A stretch of DNA of 64,000 bases from Chiloscyllium plagiosum (Eukaryota), in assembly GCF_004010195.1 (NCBI RefSeq), contig NC_057720.1, positions 14,199,947-14,263,946 on the forward strand, given 5' to 3'. The notes under the pieces were generated by a model, which saw only the letters and a list, made by a program, of their open reading frames with translations, had not been told where the DNA came from and searched no databases. Position 1 is the stretch's first letter, and every line of letters starts with the position of its first letter. Below, piece after piece: positions 37,953-50,846 of this stretch. The position numbers and the translations under genes were made by a program.

Positions 37953-38611
37953 CTCTGTAAAGAGCATGAGTATCCAATAAGAGGAGGAAATTGGAATGAC
38001 CTGAATGAATACAGATGAGCTTGATGACAGTTGATTCATGTAACATTTGTGAACTGCGCATGTTGGACAGGCACACACTTTTACGATGTTACATTCTGTG
38101 CAACTTTGGATATCTCGTGCAGAATTCAAGTGAACCAATGTTTTGAAATGCGACCTTATTAAGTACATGAAGACATCATCTCATTGTGTCAAAACTGCTG
38201 AAAACTGCAAACAGGTTAAATATTGAGGTTCTCACAAACTGAATCATGCAACTCTTAATTGGATGGTCACTACCATTAAGGGAAAAGTAGGGAACATACA
38301 CACCAGCAAATATCTGGTGACCATTGGCCAGCTACAGTTTCATATCATTCTGTGGAATAAACCGTGGTAATCCAAATGGAGAGACATTAAAAGTACTCCA
38401 GGTAGATGAGAATATTTAAGTATAGTGATTCTGATATGACACCATTTTCACATCAGTTTGCACTTTTACAGCACCTTTAACCCAGCGAAGCATCCTGAAG
38501 GGACACTGCAGGTGGACTGCAGTCAAGGGGGATTGGGAATTTTGAGGTATGGACAGGAGGACTTGGGGCATTTCCAGAACACCTCTGCATTGAGTCAGGT
38601 TAGGACCAACC

Positions 38612-38870
38612 CTATTAGCTCAGTTGGCAAGGGGATAAGACTAGTGCCAACAGCACAGGGTTCAATTCCTGTTCTGGCTGAGGTAGAATTGGCCATTGCC
38701 AAGTTCAGTCCAGTTCTAAAATCATTGCACAGTAAGCTCATTCATACCCTCAATCATGCTATTTATAGAAGATGAACACTGGCATTACATCAGTTACACT
38801 TATTATATAAAAAAAATACACTAGTACATGATTCACTTGTGGAGTTAGTATTGTCAGGTTAAGAACCCTC
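38612..38870 (+). repeat. tRNA-headed repeat, copy 2
   Basis: Colinear with 37367-37660. Confidence 0.65.
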
Positions 38871-39845
38871 AGCTGCCTGTCGATTGTCTGAATTTCAATA
38901 TTAGTATCATTGCAAAATAGACTGGCTTGGTGGCAGTGCTGAATCTTTGGTGTAAATTAAAAAAAAATAATGTCTGAGATTAAAGGTCATTGAGAATGGC
39001 ATTTTCATTTTAGGCAGAGCGAACTGATGATAAACCAACACATCACGCCACAACAAGAACGCCTTGCAAAAGAATATGAGAAAATACTGTGACTGAATAG
39101 TAAGAAACCTCCTTTCTCGTTTAGGGAAGCATACAGTGATTCCTGTAGCATGACCAAAGAGCAGGCTATACTAGACTTGGTACCGTTTAATATAAGAGAA
39201 TTAATTAATGACATCAAAGTAGAGACTTCTCTAGATTGTGAGGATCATAATACAACTGTATTTTATATCTCATTCGAAAGAGAGAAGATTGGGTCTAAGA
39301 CTGGCATTTTGAATTTAAATAAAGCAGCAATGTGAGCATGAAAGCTGAGCTGAGGTGTACTGGGATATTTGGATAGGAGCTAGCTTATTACAAATGCAGT
39401 GGCAGACATTTCAACAATGTTTTAGAATACTCAGAAGAGCACATTTTTAGCATAAAGGAAATTTTCAAAGGGAAGATCACCATCCATAGTGAACTAAAGA
39501 AGCTAAAGAAAGCATTAACCCAACGGAAAAGCACACAACTGTGCAAAATGAGTGGCAGGTCAGATGACTTATCGCAACACAAAGGACAGCAGAAAAGAAC
39601 AAAAAGTCAATGGTGGGAAATTAAATTAGGGTAGAAGAGAAAACTAGCTAGAAATTTAAAAAACAATTTCTACAGACAGCTAAAAAGGAAAAGTACATAT
39701 AAAGTAGTGTTGCTCTGCTTAGAGGTCAGAATGGGGATTTAATCATTGAATATAAACAAATGGCAACGTGATGAATAAATATTTTGCTTCTGTCCTCACT
39801 TTAGAGGATCCAAAAACATCCCAGTGATAGTTCAAGAACTTTGTA

Positions 39846-41736
39846 GTGAATGAAACCTTTGAAGAGCAGGTGTGCATGCTGGAATGGATAGAGATAGAGG
39901 AAGCTGATGTGCTGAAAATTTTGTCAAACATTAAGATTGACAAGTCGCCAGGCCCAGACCAGACTTGTCCTCGGCTGCTTTGGGAAACGAGAAATGCAAT
40001 TGCTTTGCCACTTGCGAAAATCTTTGCATCCTCGCTCTCCACTGGAGTCGTACCTGAGGACTGGAGAGAGGCAAATGTAATTCCTCTCTTCAAGAAAGGA
40101 AATAGGGAAATCCCCAGCAATTACAGACCAGTAAGTCTCACGTCTGTCGTCTGCAAGGTGTTAGAAAGGATTCTGAGGGATAGGATTTATGACCACCTGG
40201 AAGAGCATGGCTTNNNNNNNNNNNNNNNNNNNNNNNNNNNNNNNNNNNNNNNNNNNNNNNNNNNNNNNNNNNNNNNNNNNNNNNNNNNNNNNNNNNNNNN
40301 NNNNNNNNNNNNNNNNNNNNNNNNNNNNNNNNNNNNNNNNNNNNNNNNNNNNNNNNNNNNNNNNNNNNNNNNNNNNNNNNNNNNNNNNNNNNNNNNNNNN
40401 NNNNNNNNNNNNNNNNNNNNNNNNNNNNNNNNNNNNNNNNNNNNNNNNNNNNNNNNNNNNNNNNNNNNNNNNNNNNNNNNNNNNNNNNNNNNNNNNNNNN
40501 NNNNNNNNNNNNNNNNNNNNNNNNNNNNNNNNNNNNNNNNNNNNNNNNNNNNNNNNNNNNNNNNNNNNNNNNNNNNNNNNNNNNNNNNNNNNNNNNNNNN
40601 NNNNNNNNNNNNNNNNNNNNNNNNNNNNNNNNNNNNNNNNNNNNNNNNNNNNNNNNNNNNNNNNNNNNNNNNNNNNNNNNNNNNNNNNNNNNNNNNNNNN
40701 NNNNNNNNNNNNNNNNNNNNNNNNNNNNNNNNNNNNNNNNNNNNNNNNNNNNNNNNNNNNNNNNNNNNNNNNNNNNNNNNNNNNNNNNNNNNNNNNNNNN
40801 NNNNNNNNNNNNNNNNNNNNNNNNNNNNNNNNNNNNNNNNNNNNNNNNNNNNNNNNNNNNNNNNNNNAGGTGTCGTTGACTGTATAGAGGGCTGTTGTAG
40901 GCTGCAGTGGGACATTGACAGGATGCAGAGATGGGCTAAGAGATGGCGGATGGAGTTCAACCTGGATAAATGCGAGGTGATGCATTTTGGAAGGTCGAAT
41001 TTGAAAGTTGAGTACAGGATTAAGGATAGGATTCTTGGCAGTGTGGAGGAACAGAGGGATCTTGGTGTGCAGGTACATAGATCCCTTAAAATGGCCACCC
41101 AAGTGGACAGGGTTGTTAAGAAAGCATATGGTGTTTTAGCTTTCATTAACAGGGGGATTGAGTTTAAGAGTCGTGAGATCTTGTTGCAGCTCTATAAAAC
41201 TTTTGTTAGACATCACTTGGAATATTGCGTTCAGTTCTGGTCGCCCTATTATAGGAAAGATGTGGATGCTTTGGAGAGGGTTCAGAGGAGGTTTACCAGG
41301 ATGCTGCCTGGATTGGAGGGCTTATCTTATGAAGAGAGGTTGACTGAGCTCGGACTTTTTTCATTTGAGAAATGGAGGAGGGGAGGGGACCTAATTGAGG
41401 TATACAAGATAATGAGAGGCATAGATAGAGTCGATAGCCAGAGACTATTTCCCAGGGCAGAAATGGCTAACATGAGGGGTCATAGTTTTAAGCTGGTTGG
41501 AGGAAAGTATAGAGGGGATGTCAGAGGTGGGTTATTTACACAGAGAGTTGTGGGAGCATGGAATGTGTTGCCAGCAGCAGTTGTGGAAGCAAGGTCATTG
41601 GCGACATTTAAGAGACTACTGGACATGTATATGGTCACAGAAATTTGAGGGTGCATACATGGGGATCAGTGGTCGGCACAACATTGTGGGCTGAAGGGCC
41701 TGTTCTGTGCTGTACTATTCTATGTTCTATGTTCTA
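39846..41736 (+). mobile_element. Young 5'-truncated CR1 LINE; ORF2 RT region open on both sides of a gap
   Basis: KIDKSPGPD..WREANVIPLFKKG..NYRPVSLTS, then WRMEFNLDKC..YCVQFWSPYY..WNVLP with no stops. (ttctatg)n tail. Confidence 0.95.
40214..40867. other. Assembly gap
   Basis: Run of N. Confidence 1.
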
Positions 41737-42234
41737 CAAAGCCAGGAACTTTATGGAATTATTATTACAAGCATCGGTGTGGACTTGTTGGGCCAAAGGG
41801 CCTGTTTCCACACTATTGGAATTCTATGACTCGATGATTCTATGTACTGAGCCAACTAATGAAATCACATGTTGATAAGTCTCTGGGTGTCAATGAACTT
41901 CATTCTAGAGCTTTAAAAGTAGTGGTTACTGAGGTAATAGATGGATTGGTATCAATTTTCCAAAATTTGTCAGATTCTGGAAAGGTTCCATCAGTTGCAA
42001 GAACGATCGTTCTGTTCAAGAAGGGAGGGAGGCAGAAAACAGGAAACTGTAGGCCAGTTAGATTGACATCTGTTGTGGGGAAAGTGCTCAAATTGACCAT
42101 TAAGGAGGTTATAACTGGACATTGGAAACACTCAGGAAGAATTAATATGTTCTTGTGAAAGGGAAATTGTGATTAACTAATCTACTAGTATTCTTTGTAA
42201 GAGTAGCATGTGCCTTGGGTTATTTAACTAAAGG

Positions 42235-42665
42235 GAAAAGGTGGTGAGATGGTAATGTCACTAAACTAATAATCCAGAACACCAGGTTAATGTTCTGGGC
42301 ACAACGGCTAAAATCTCACTCAGAATGGTGAAATTTGAATTTAATAAAAGATCTGGAATACAACATTAGTTCAATGATGACCATGTAACCTTTGCCAATT
42401 GTCCCAAATGTTCACTGATGTCCTGTAACTGAAGAATTTATACGTAAGATGGTGCTGTAAGTGGCAACTTATAAACTTTTCTGTGTAATCATTTGAGTGC
42501 TAATTCAATTCAATTGGGAAGTTCTACTATATCTGCTACTCTTAATAGTCTGGTCCAGATTCACAGCAATGTGTTTGACTCTTAAATGCTGTCTAGGCAA
42601 TTGGGATGAGCAATTAATGCTGGCCTAGCCAGTGATATCCACATTCTGTAGATGAATTTAAAATA
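42235..42665 (+). mobile_element. tRNA-derived SINE (family of 7890-8235) inserted in the old CR1
   Basis: ggtaatgtcact..aatccaga..ggcaattgggatgagcaattaatgctggcctagccagtgat. Confidence 0.7.
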
Positions 42666-43309
42666 AAGGGAAGCTCACTGATATACTGTATTTGGATTTC
42701 CAGAAGAATTTGACAAGGTGCTCCATAAAGCTACATTGTACAAAGTAAATTCTCATGGTATACAGGGATAACATATTGGTATAGATAGAAGATTTGCCAC
42801 TGAACAGAAAACAAAGAGTAGAAATAAATGAGTCTTTTGCAGGTTGGCGAGTTGGATTGAATGATGTTCCATTTGGATCTGTGCTTGGACCTGAACTGTT
42901 CATAATTTGTACAAATTACTAAGATTGAAGGGACGAAAGTTATAGTTATGAAATTTGCCGACAACACCAAGATAGTTAGGAAAGTAAATTGTGAAGAGGA
43001 CATAAAAAGGCGACAAAAAGATGGAGGTTGGTTAATTGAATGGATACGGATGTGGCAAATGGTGTATAACCTGAGTAAATGTGAAATTGTCTTTTTGGCA
43101 TGAAGCAACAGACAGAGTATGATTGAAATGGTGAGAAATTACAGAGCAATGAGACACAGAGAGATCTGAGTGTCCTCCAACATGAATAGCAAAATGGATA
43201 ATATACAGATACAGCAAGTAGTCAAGAGAGCTATTGGATGTTATAATTTCTCGCAACAGGAATTGAACACATTAGTCGGGAGGTTATGCTTCAGTTATAT
43301 ATGCACTTT

Positions 43310-43780
43310 TTAAAATCATTCATGGAATGCAAGTTTTGTTAGCTGAGCCAGCATTTATTGTCCATTCCTAGTTGCCTTTGAGAAGGTGGTGGTGAGCTGC
43401 TTTCTTGAATTGTAGATGTCCATTTGGTGTAGGGAAACCCACAATGCCTTTCAGGGGAGATGGTTCCAGGACTTTGACCCAGTGACACTGAGGGAACAGC
43501 GATATATTTCCAAATCAGGATGGTGAATGACTTGGAGGGGAACTGGCGGACGGTGGTGTTCCCATATATACGCTGTCTTTATCTTTCTAGATGGAGACGA
43601 TCGTGGGTTTGGAAGGTGCTATCTAAACAGTCTTGGTGAATTTCTGCAGAGCATCTCGTAGATCATACATCGGTAGTGGAGGGAGTGGATGTTTGTGGAA
43701 GTGGTGTAGAACAAGTGGGCTGCTTTGCCCTGGCAAAGTATTGTTGGAGCTACACTTCTCCAGGCAAGTGGGGAGTATTG
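43310..43780 (-). mobile_element. Second CR1-group LINE 3' end
   Basis: gccagcatttattg..ttgagaaggtggtggtgagctgc is the reverse complement of the family tail. Confidence 0.8.
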
Positions 43781-44705
43781 CATCATACATAGCTCTGGTT
43801 ACACTGTCCCTAGTGGGGTGCATTAATAATTTGTTGATGAGATGGTTTAAAATGGTGGCGGATTTCTAAAATAAGAAGTATTGTGTTCTTCCTCAGTGAA
43901 TGTGGGCTCTCCTGGACAGGACAAGGGTGCAGAAGGGAAACACCGAAACTGGTGTTAATGCTAAACTGTAGATTTACAAAAGAATCCCTGTAAACAAAAT
44001 CTTTTGCTGCCTTATTCAACATATGGCTGAGCAAAGTGGGGGGAGGGCATGCATCCATTTCCCGAATATTATTCTGTAGCAAGAAAATAAGTGGACCCTG
44101 TAAAATTATGAAGTACTATTTAGCATCTCTGTCAAGTTCTAAAAAGGCCAAAGAAAATCTGTGGAAAAATAAGCGACAGGATTTTAGGGATGCTATTGAC
44201 TGGAGCTTGTCTGAAGTGAAATTGTGACCCCCACATCTATCAATGTACATCGATTTCACTACAGACAGCACACAAAGGAAGTCCTCTGCTGGGATTGTAT
44301 AAGTTCCCTGAAGAAGAATGTCGACTCTTCCAGCCACCACTTAGTTATTTTCTTTTCTTTCACCTCCCATGGGGAAATGTTCCAGATATGAGCCTGCTGG
44401 CTGGTGACTTATCCATCTCCATTCAGTTTTGTATTTGGGAAGGCAGGGAGTGAGAAAGAATTCAAAAGGAATCCATGTAACAGAAAGAGAAGTGAAATCG
44501 ACCAAACACCTTTAATGCGAAGAGTCAGTTATTTCCTTGCTGTATTTGCATATGGTATCAGTATAAATTGCAAAAGGCAAGTATGCAGGTACAGCAAGTA
44601 ATTAGGAAAGCTAATAAAGCATTATCATTTTTTTGTGAGGACAATTGGACACAAAAATAGTGAATTTTTGATTCAGATATACTGGGCACTGTTAGTACCA
44701 CATGA

Positions 44706-44800
44706 GTGTAGATCAGAGTGGTGCTGGCAAAGCACAACAGGTCAGGCAGCATCCAAGGAGCAGGAAAATCAACATTTCCGGCAAAAGCGAAGGGCTTTTG
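44706..44800 (-). mobile_element. PLE terminal-repeat fragment
   Basis: agagtggtgctggcaaagcacaacaggtcaggcagcatcc..ggcaaaagc.aagggctttt. Confidence 0.7.
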
Positions 44801-44802
44801 AC

Positions 44803-45270
44803 CCATTTGACCCAAATCCCTCTAAACCCTTTCTATTCATATACTCATCCAGATATCTTTTAAATATTGAAATTGTACCCACCTCTACTAATTCCTCTGG
44901 CAGCTCATTCCATGCACACACCACTCTCTACATGAAAAAGTTTCCCCTTATGTCCCTTTTAAATCTTTCCCCTCTCAGCTTAAACCTATGCCTACTAGTT
45001 CTGGACTCTCCCACCCCAGGGAAAACACTTTGTCTATTTACCCTATCCATGCCCCTCATAATTTTGTAAACCTCTATGAGGTCACCCTTCAGCCTCCGAC
45101 GCTCCAGGGAAAACAGCCCTAGCCTATTCCGCCTCTCCCTATAGCTCAAACCCTCCAACCCTGACAGCATCCTTGTAAATCTTTTCTGAACCCTTTCAAG
45201 TTTCACAACATCCTTCTGATAGGAAGGAGACCAGAAATGAAGGCGGTATTCCAAAAGTGGTCTAACCAAT
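44803..45270 (-). mobile_element. CR1 LINE 3' fragment
   Basis: ORF 44928-45269 VRPLLEY..FWSP..LERVQKRFTRM..VYKIMRG. Confidence 0.9.
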
Positions 45271-45654
45271 TAATAAATTGAATTAATAAAATTGTCAGAG
45301 TGGATGTGGAGAGAATGTTTCCTCTTGTGGGAGAATCTAGAACCTGGGGTCACTGTTTAAAAATAATGGATCACTCATTTGATTGATAGATAAGAGGAAA
45401 TGTTTTCTCACAGAGAGCCCTGAGTCTTTGGAACTCATCCTGAAAAGGTGGCAGAAGTAGGTAGAGATAGATAGATTCACAATTAGCAAGCAGTTAGCTA
45501 AGCTCCCTCAGGACACATTGAGTGGCACATTGTTGAAGAAGTGGTTAAATTAAAGCCTTAGCAGCCCTTTCAGATAGAGTGAAAACATTCCATTATTTTG
45601 AAGAGCAGGGGAGGTATCCTGGCCAATCATTATCCCACAATCAGGATCACAGAG

Positions 45655-45952
45655 TAATAGATTCAGAGAATCCTACAGTGTAGAGGGAGGCCATTTGGCC
45701 CACAGAGCCTGCATCAGCCCTTCCACCCAGACTCAGCACCTCCCATCTTATTCCCCCACATTTATCCTGGCTAACCCACCTAGGCTGCACATGTTCAGAC
45801 TGCGGGGGGAAACCGTAGCTGTCAGCAGAAACCCCCACAAATACAGGGAGAACATATGAAAACCACACAGACAGTCACCCAGGGCTGGAATCAAACCCAG
45901 GTCCCTGGTGCTGGGAGGCAGCAGTGTTAATGACTGAGCCACAGTGCTGCCA
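45655..45952 (-). mobile_element. HE1-type V-SINE nested in a Deu-domain SINE (about 45500-46105)
   Basis: Minus ggcagcactgtggctcag head. Flanks carry gaagagcagggg..cctggccaat and the Deu-SINE 3' part. Confidence 0.8.
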
Positions 45953-46324
45953 TAAGATTATTATATTTGTACTATATTGTATTATATTGAAATATATTGT
46001 ATTATACTTCTGTGAGCAAATTAACTGTTGTGTTTTTTTTACATTACAGGTGTAACTATGCTTCGAGTATATCTCAATTGATATAAAATAATTGAGGATG
46101 TCCTTGAATTAGAATTAGATTTAGAATTAGGTTTTATTTTCACATGTACACAAGTACAGGGATACAGGAATACACTGAAAACCATACAAAGTCACCATTC
46201 ATCGGTGCCATCTTAGGTATAGAAAACCAGAATTTTAAAAAGCTATCCATTATACAAAAACCAGGAAAAAAGAACAAAAGCAGAAATGCAAGAAACAGAG
46301 CCAAGAGGAAAGGGAGATGTTCGG

Positions 46325-46658
46325 ATTATAGAACCCCTACAGTGTGGAAGTAGGCCATTCAGCCCATCACGTCCACATTGATCCTCTGAAATGCATCCCA
46401 CCCAGACCCACGCACTATCCTATTTAGTAACCCTCCATTTCATATGGCTAATCCACCTAGCCTGCATATCCCTAGACACTATGGGCAATTTAGCATGGTC
46501 AATCAACCTAGCTTGCACACCTTTGGACTACGGGAGAAAGCCAGAGCAAACCCACACGGACACAGCGAGAAAGTGCAACTTCACACGGACAGTCAGGCAA
46601 GGCTGGGATTGAACCCGGGTCCCCAGCACTGCAAAGTAGCAGTCACCAAGCCGCCCCT
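46325..46658 (-). mobile_element. HE1-type V-SINE
   Basis: atgggcaatttagcatgg and ggattgaacccgggtccc. Confidence 0.85.
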
Positions 46659-46782
46659 TATCTGTGATGGCAAGTGGGCCTTCCCAAGTATAAATGTGAG
46701 TCTTTCATTTCACCCATGTTTCGGCTAAGATTTTACCCTAATATCTTCTTAGGTGGCTCAGTGTCAAATGTTGTTTAATGGT

Positions 46783-46909
46783 AGGGGGCTAGAGTCGAGA
46801 GGGTGGTGTTGGAAAAGCACAGCCAGTCAGGCAGCATCTGAGGAGCAGGAGAGTTGACATTCCGAGCATAAACTCTTTCCTGATTATCTGCAGTCCTCAC
46901 TTTCTCCCT
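46783..46909. mobile_element. PLE terminal-repeat-derived element
   Basis: Arm ggaaaagcacagccagtcaggcagcatc. 12-bp TSD ttgtttaatggt at 46771-46782 and 46910-46921. Confidence 0.75.
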
Positions 46910-48682
46910 TTGTTTAATGGTGCTTGGGCAAAGTTCTTGGGAAGTGTTATGATGCCAATGGCACCATATAAATACAAGTTGTTGCTGTTAAAAATAGGAC
47001 AAAGTGGCAAACCGAAGACAGGGACAAGTAAATTTGAAATACTGTAATCTACAATCATTACACATACGACTGAAAAACATCACCAGGAGGAATAAGGGGC
47101 AGTTTCATCGCCCATTTTGATTTTCCTGTACTCCTGTGTTCATGAGCATAGAGAAAAAATATAGATGGCATTCAATACCACAAATAAATGCATAGCAAGC
47201 GTATCATGATCCAGGAATAGTCTCACAATAGTGAAATGTTATTTCTCCAATTGAAATTGCTGTGCTTAGGTATTTCTGAGCTTGTGTGGGATATCTGTCA
47301 TTGGTGAAAATAGCCTCCAATCAGAGAGAGTAAATATGTAATTTGTGCGGTTCCTTTTATCAGTTCATTATTAATTGCATTTGCAAGAACTTCTGTAGCC
47401 TCTAATGCTATTGCTTGATAAGCAGAGTGTTTTCTAAATGGGAATGGAAAAACAAAGCTATGACAGTTAACACAAGTAACATCTGTGTACCATCACGTAA
47501 GCTTACACTAATTTTCTGAAGATTGTTCCATTCATTACAGCTTATTGTTACTCTCTTCCTGGCATAGTCTTTATTTCCATGCATTTAGGAAATGAAGCAA
47601 AGAGTGGGGAAATGAGAGTCTAATCAATACCACTTTTCATTTCGTCTCTAATGGGCTCCCTGTCCTTTTCTTTCCTTATGCACGGATTGAGAAAAGGTAC
47701 TGACGCTACAGTCATAAAATGTAATTCTCCTGCAGAAACACAGACAATAACGCTTTCTGTACTGAGGCTTATTGCATATTTTAATGGCATTTGGCTAAAT
47801 TGAGTATGGATTTAACATCAAAGGCTTCATGAATTTTTCAAATAAGAAATTAAAGTCAATATTTCAAGTGAAAGATATTTCAATTTAGTTGCATACATAA
47901 CAATAAAGACTTCTACAAGGCAAAACTACCAGGGTATGTAGCAGCATTAGTTTGTTCTTGATGTTATTAGTTAATAAGAAAATCAAACATGAGGTTGTGA
48001 TATGGCAGTGATACTGAATAAATTAGACTAACAGATAAGGTTCCTATGCACTTTATTTCTCAGATTCCAGTGCCTTGCACACTTGCCAGTGGCAGGCTGA
48101 ATGTTTCCACTTTGCCTCCAGCTGATTAACATAAAGCTTTTGAGTTCCCACAGCATAAAATCTACTTATACTTTATCCTTAAGAAATGGTAAGCTTGCTC
48201 TGTGTCACGAAGACCTGTGTACCTTTTTCAGAAATGACTTGAGTGGATTTTGTTCACATGCGCTATCAAAGGTGTTGGATAATTGAGAGTTGATGGAATC
48301 CTTGTGGCAGGTGATTTACTCTTCCATGCTGCTTCCTTTAAGCTAGATGAAATGTTGCTCTACTGCAGTGACCTCTGTAAAGAAACAGAATCAGTGATAG
48401 TTTACATTCTTTAAAAGGTAATTGGTGCCTGACTGTACTAAGCCCCTCTTTTGGGGAACACATCAGATACTTTAATAAAGTGCCACTAAGAGCAAATACA
48501 TTTTACCACCTTATAGTAATCATTATCAGAGCCTGGCATCACTGCACAACTTGATAAATGCATAGATTTCACACTAAGCTTTGCTGATGGTTAATGGGAC
48601 AATTCATTTACACTGAGTTGCATATCTAACTGACAATGGACCATTGTCAATATCAATGAAAAGGACTAGACTATACATGAGC

Positions 48683-48812
48683 AGAGAAAGTGAGGACTGC
48701 AGATGCTGAAGATCAGAGTTGAGAGGGTGTTACTGGAAAAGCACAGCAGGTCAGGTAGCATCTGAGGAGCAGGAGAGTCGATGTTTCGGGCAAGAGCCCC
48801 TCATCGGGAATC
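48683..48812 (-). mobile_element. PLE terminal repeat with decayed hammerhead motif
   Basis: Minus strand ccgatgaggggctcttgcccgaaacatcgac. Confidence 0.8.
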
Positions 48813-49109
48813 TGTTAGAGCAGGACCACACTCTGAGTTCAGTGATAGCTAAGTGCTTTCCTGCGCTATAGTGAACTGGAAGTGGACACGGTGAGGGTAA
48901 TGGAACATTAGGATTCCTCCGATACCAACAATATATTTCTTTCATAAAAGATAAAAGCAAGAGAGGAATGTTAAAGAAGGGTGAATTAACATTTTTAGAA
49001 GTTTCAGCTTTTAAATCTCACCTCTTTGAAATCTCCAACAACTACATACACCAATTAGATTTTACCGTGTGGACTGTTCCTGTCCTTGGCCAGAGAGGCT
49101 TTTTTTTAA

Positions 49110-49225
49110 GAGACAAAAACAAGTGCAGATGCTGGAATCCAAGGTCGACAGGCAGGAGGCTGGAGAACACAGCAAGCCAGGCAGCATCAGTAGGTGGAGA
49201 AGTCACCATTTCAGGCATAACCCTT
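49110..49225 (-). mobile_element. PLE terminal-repeat fragment (family of 22413-22668)
   Basis: tgcagatgctggaatccaagg..caggaggctggagaacacagcaagccaggcagcatc. Confidence 0.7.
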
Positions 49226-49696
49226 TTTTTGGCAAAGTATTAACAATTAGCATGTTGTTAAAAAGATTCTTAAATAAGCAGATTTAACTTTCTGTGGTGA
49301 GCGAAATAGGTGATTACTGTGCAAAACTATCAGCTCCATTACTGCTGAACTGTTTTTGGGATTTTCCCTTTGAATAATATGCAAGGACAGGATTAAAAAG
49401 CAAGTTTCAACTCTACTGGAGTGTGCTAGTGAGACTGAATATTCTCATGGGTTTCATTCTGGGTTCAGGATTTAGCACAGTATGAAGGTTATAATGGAAT
49501 AACTACCGGACTCACCTTTATGTTGCAGGTCAAGACCTTCTCCCACTCTGAGTGCAGCAAATAAATTTAAATGGAAATAGGACAATAAAAGATTCCTTAT
49601 AACCCTGAATATTGAAAAACCACAGTCAAAAAACAGCAGAACTGTAGGATCTCAACTAATCTGCAAAATCAGAGATTATGAAACCATGAACAATGA

Positions 49697-50310
49697 CGTG
49701 GTGGCTCAGTAGTTAGCAATGCTGACGGTGCCAGGGACTTAGGTTCAATTCCAGCCTCAGGCAATTGACTGTGTGGAGTTTGCATGTTCTTCCTGTGTCT
49801 GTGTGGGTTTCCTCTCACAGTCCAAAGATGTGTAGGTTAGGTGGATTGGCTGTGATAAATTGCCTATGGTGTCTAGGGATGGTTTGATTAAGCCGTGGGA
49901 AATGCAGGGTTTCTGGGATCGGTGTGCTTTGGAAGGCCAAATGCCCTGCTTCAACATTGTGGGAATTCTAGGATGCTACCTGAAGCTTTTCTGCCTCACA
50001 ACACCAGGAACCCGAGTTGGATTCCAGCTTCAGGCAACTGTCTGTGTGATGTTTGCACATTCTCCCTGTGTCTGCATGGGTTTCCTTTGGATGCTCCAGT
50101 TTCCTCCCACAATCCAAAGATGTGCAGGTTAGGTGAATTGGCCATGCTAAATTGCCCATAGTATTCAGGGTTGTGTAGGTTAGGTGCATTAGTCAGGGGA
50201 AACATAAAGTAATAGCTAAGGGGCATGAGGCTGGGTGGGTTACTGTTAAGAGGGTCAGTGTAGACTTGTTGGGCCTAGGGATTCTATGATTCTGTAGGGA
50301 TTCTATGAAT
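49697..50310 (+). mobile_element. Two tandem HE1-type V-SINEs (about 49697-49972 and 49990-50310)
   Basis: Two V-domain cores (gtttgca..ttct.cc.tgtgtctg..tgggtttcct) and a (ttctatga) tail. Confidence 0.85.
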
Positions 50311-50361
50311 GTCAACTCTCCTAATAACCTCCACTGCAATGATCACAATGTTCAACTATCT

Positions 50362-50846
50362 AGAAAGGGTCCAGAAAAGATTTACAAGGATGTTGCCAGG
50401 GTCCGGAGGGTTTGAGCTTAGCTAGAGGCTGAATAGGCTGGGACTGTTTTCCCTGGAGTGTCAGAGGCTGAGGGATGACCATACAGAGGTTTATAAAATC
50501 GTGAGGGTAAATAGACAAGGTATTTTCCCTGGCGTGCAGGTAGCTAAACTAGAGGGCGTAAGTTTAGGGTGAGAGGGAAAAGATTTAAAAGGGTCCTAAG
50601 GAGCAACATTTTCACACAGAGGGTGGCGCATGTATGGATTGAACTGCCAGAGGAAGTGGTGGAGGCTGGTACAATTACAGCATTTAAAAGACAACTGGAT
50701 GGCTATATGAATAGGAAGGGTTTAGAGGGATATGGGCCAAGTACTGGCAAATGGGACTAGATTAATTTAGGATATCCAGTCAGCATGGACAAGTTGGATT
50801 GAAGTGTCTGTTTCCATGCTGTACATCTCCATGACTCTATGACTCA
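50362..50846 (+). mobile_element. CR1 LINE 3' fragment
   Basis: LERVQKRFTRMLPG; IFTQRVAHVWIELPEEVVEAG; atgactctatgactc tail. Confidence 0.9.

Larger units (their letters stand above)
39140..43305 (+). mobile_element. Old CR1 ORF2 split into pieces (39140-39840, 41858-42220, 42670-43305) by younger insertions
   Basis: QAILDLV..DHN; MNKYFASV; VDKSLGVNELHSRALK..NCRPVRLTSVVGK; YLDFQK.FDKVLH; KFADNTK. Confidence 0.75.

Noticed and set aside
39013..39091. Possible terminal exon QSELMINQHITPQQERLAKEYEKIL*
   Set aside because: Short, with no recognisable homology; it could arise by chance.
39846..41648. 600-aa ORF, and other X-rich ORFs at 16941-17621 and 40161-41146, as host genes
   Set aside because: Their length comes from N runs. 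The real residues are CR1 ORF2 or PLE repeat sequence.
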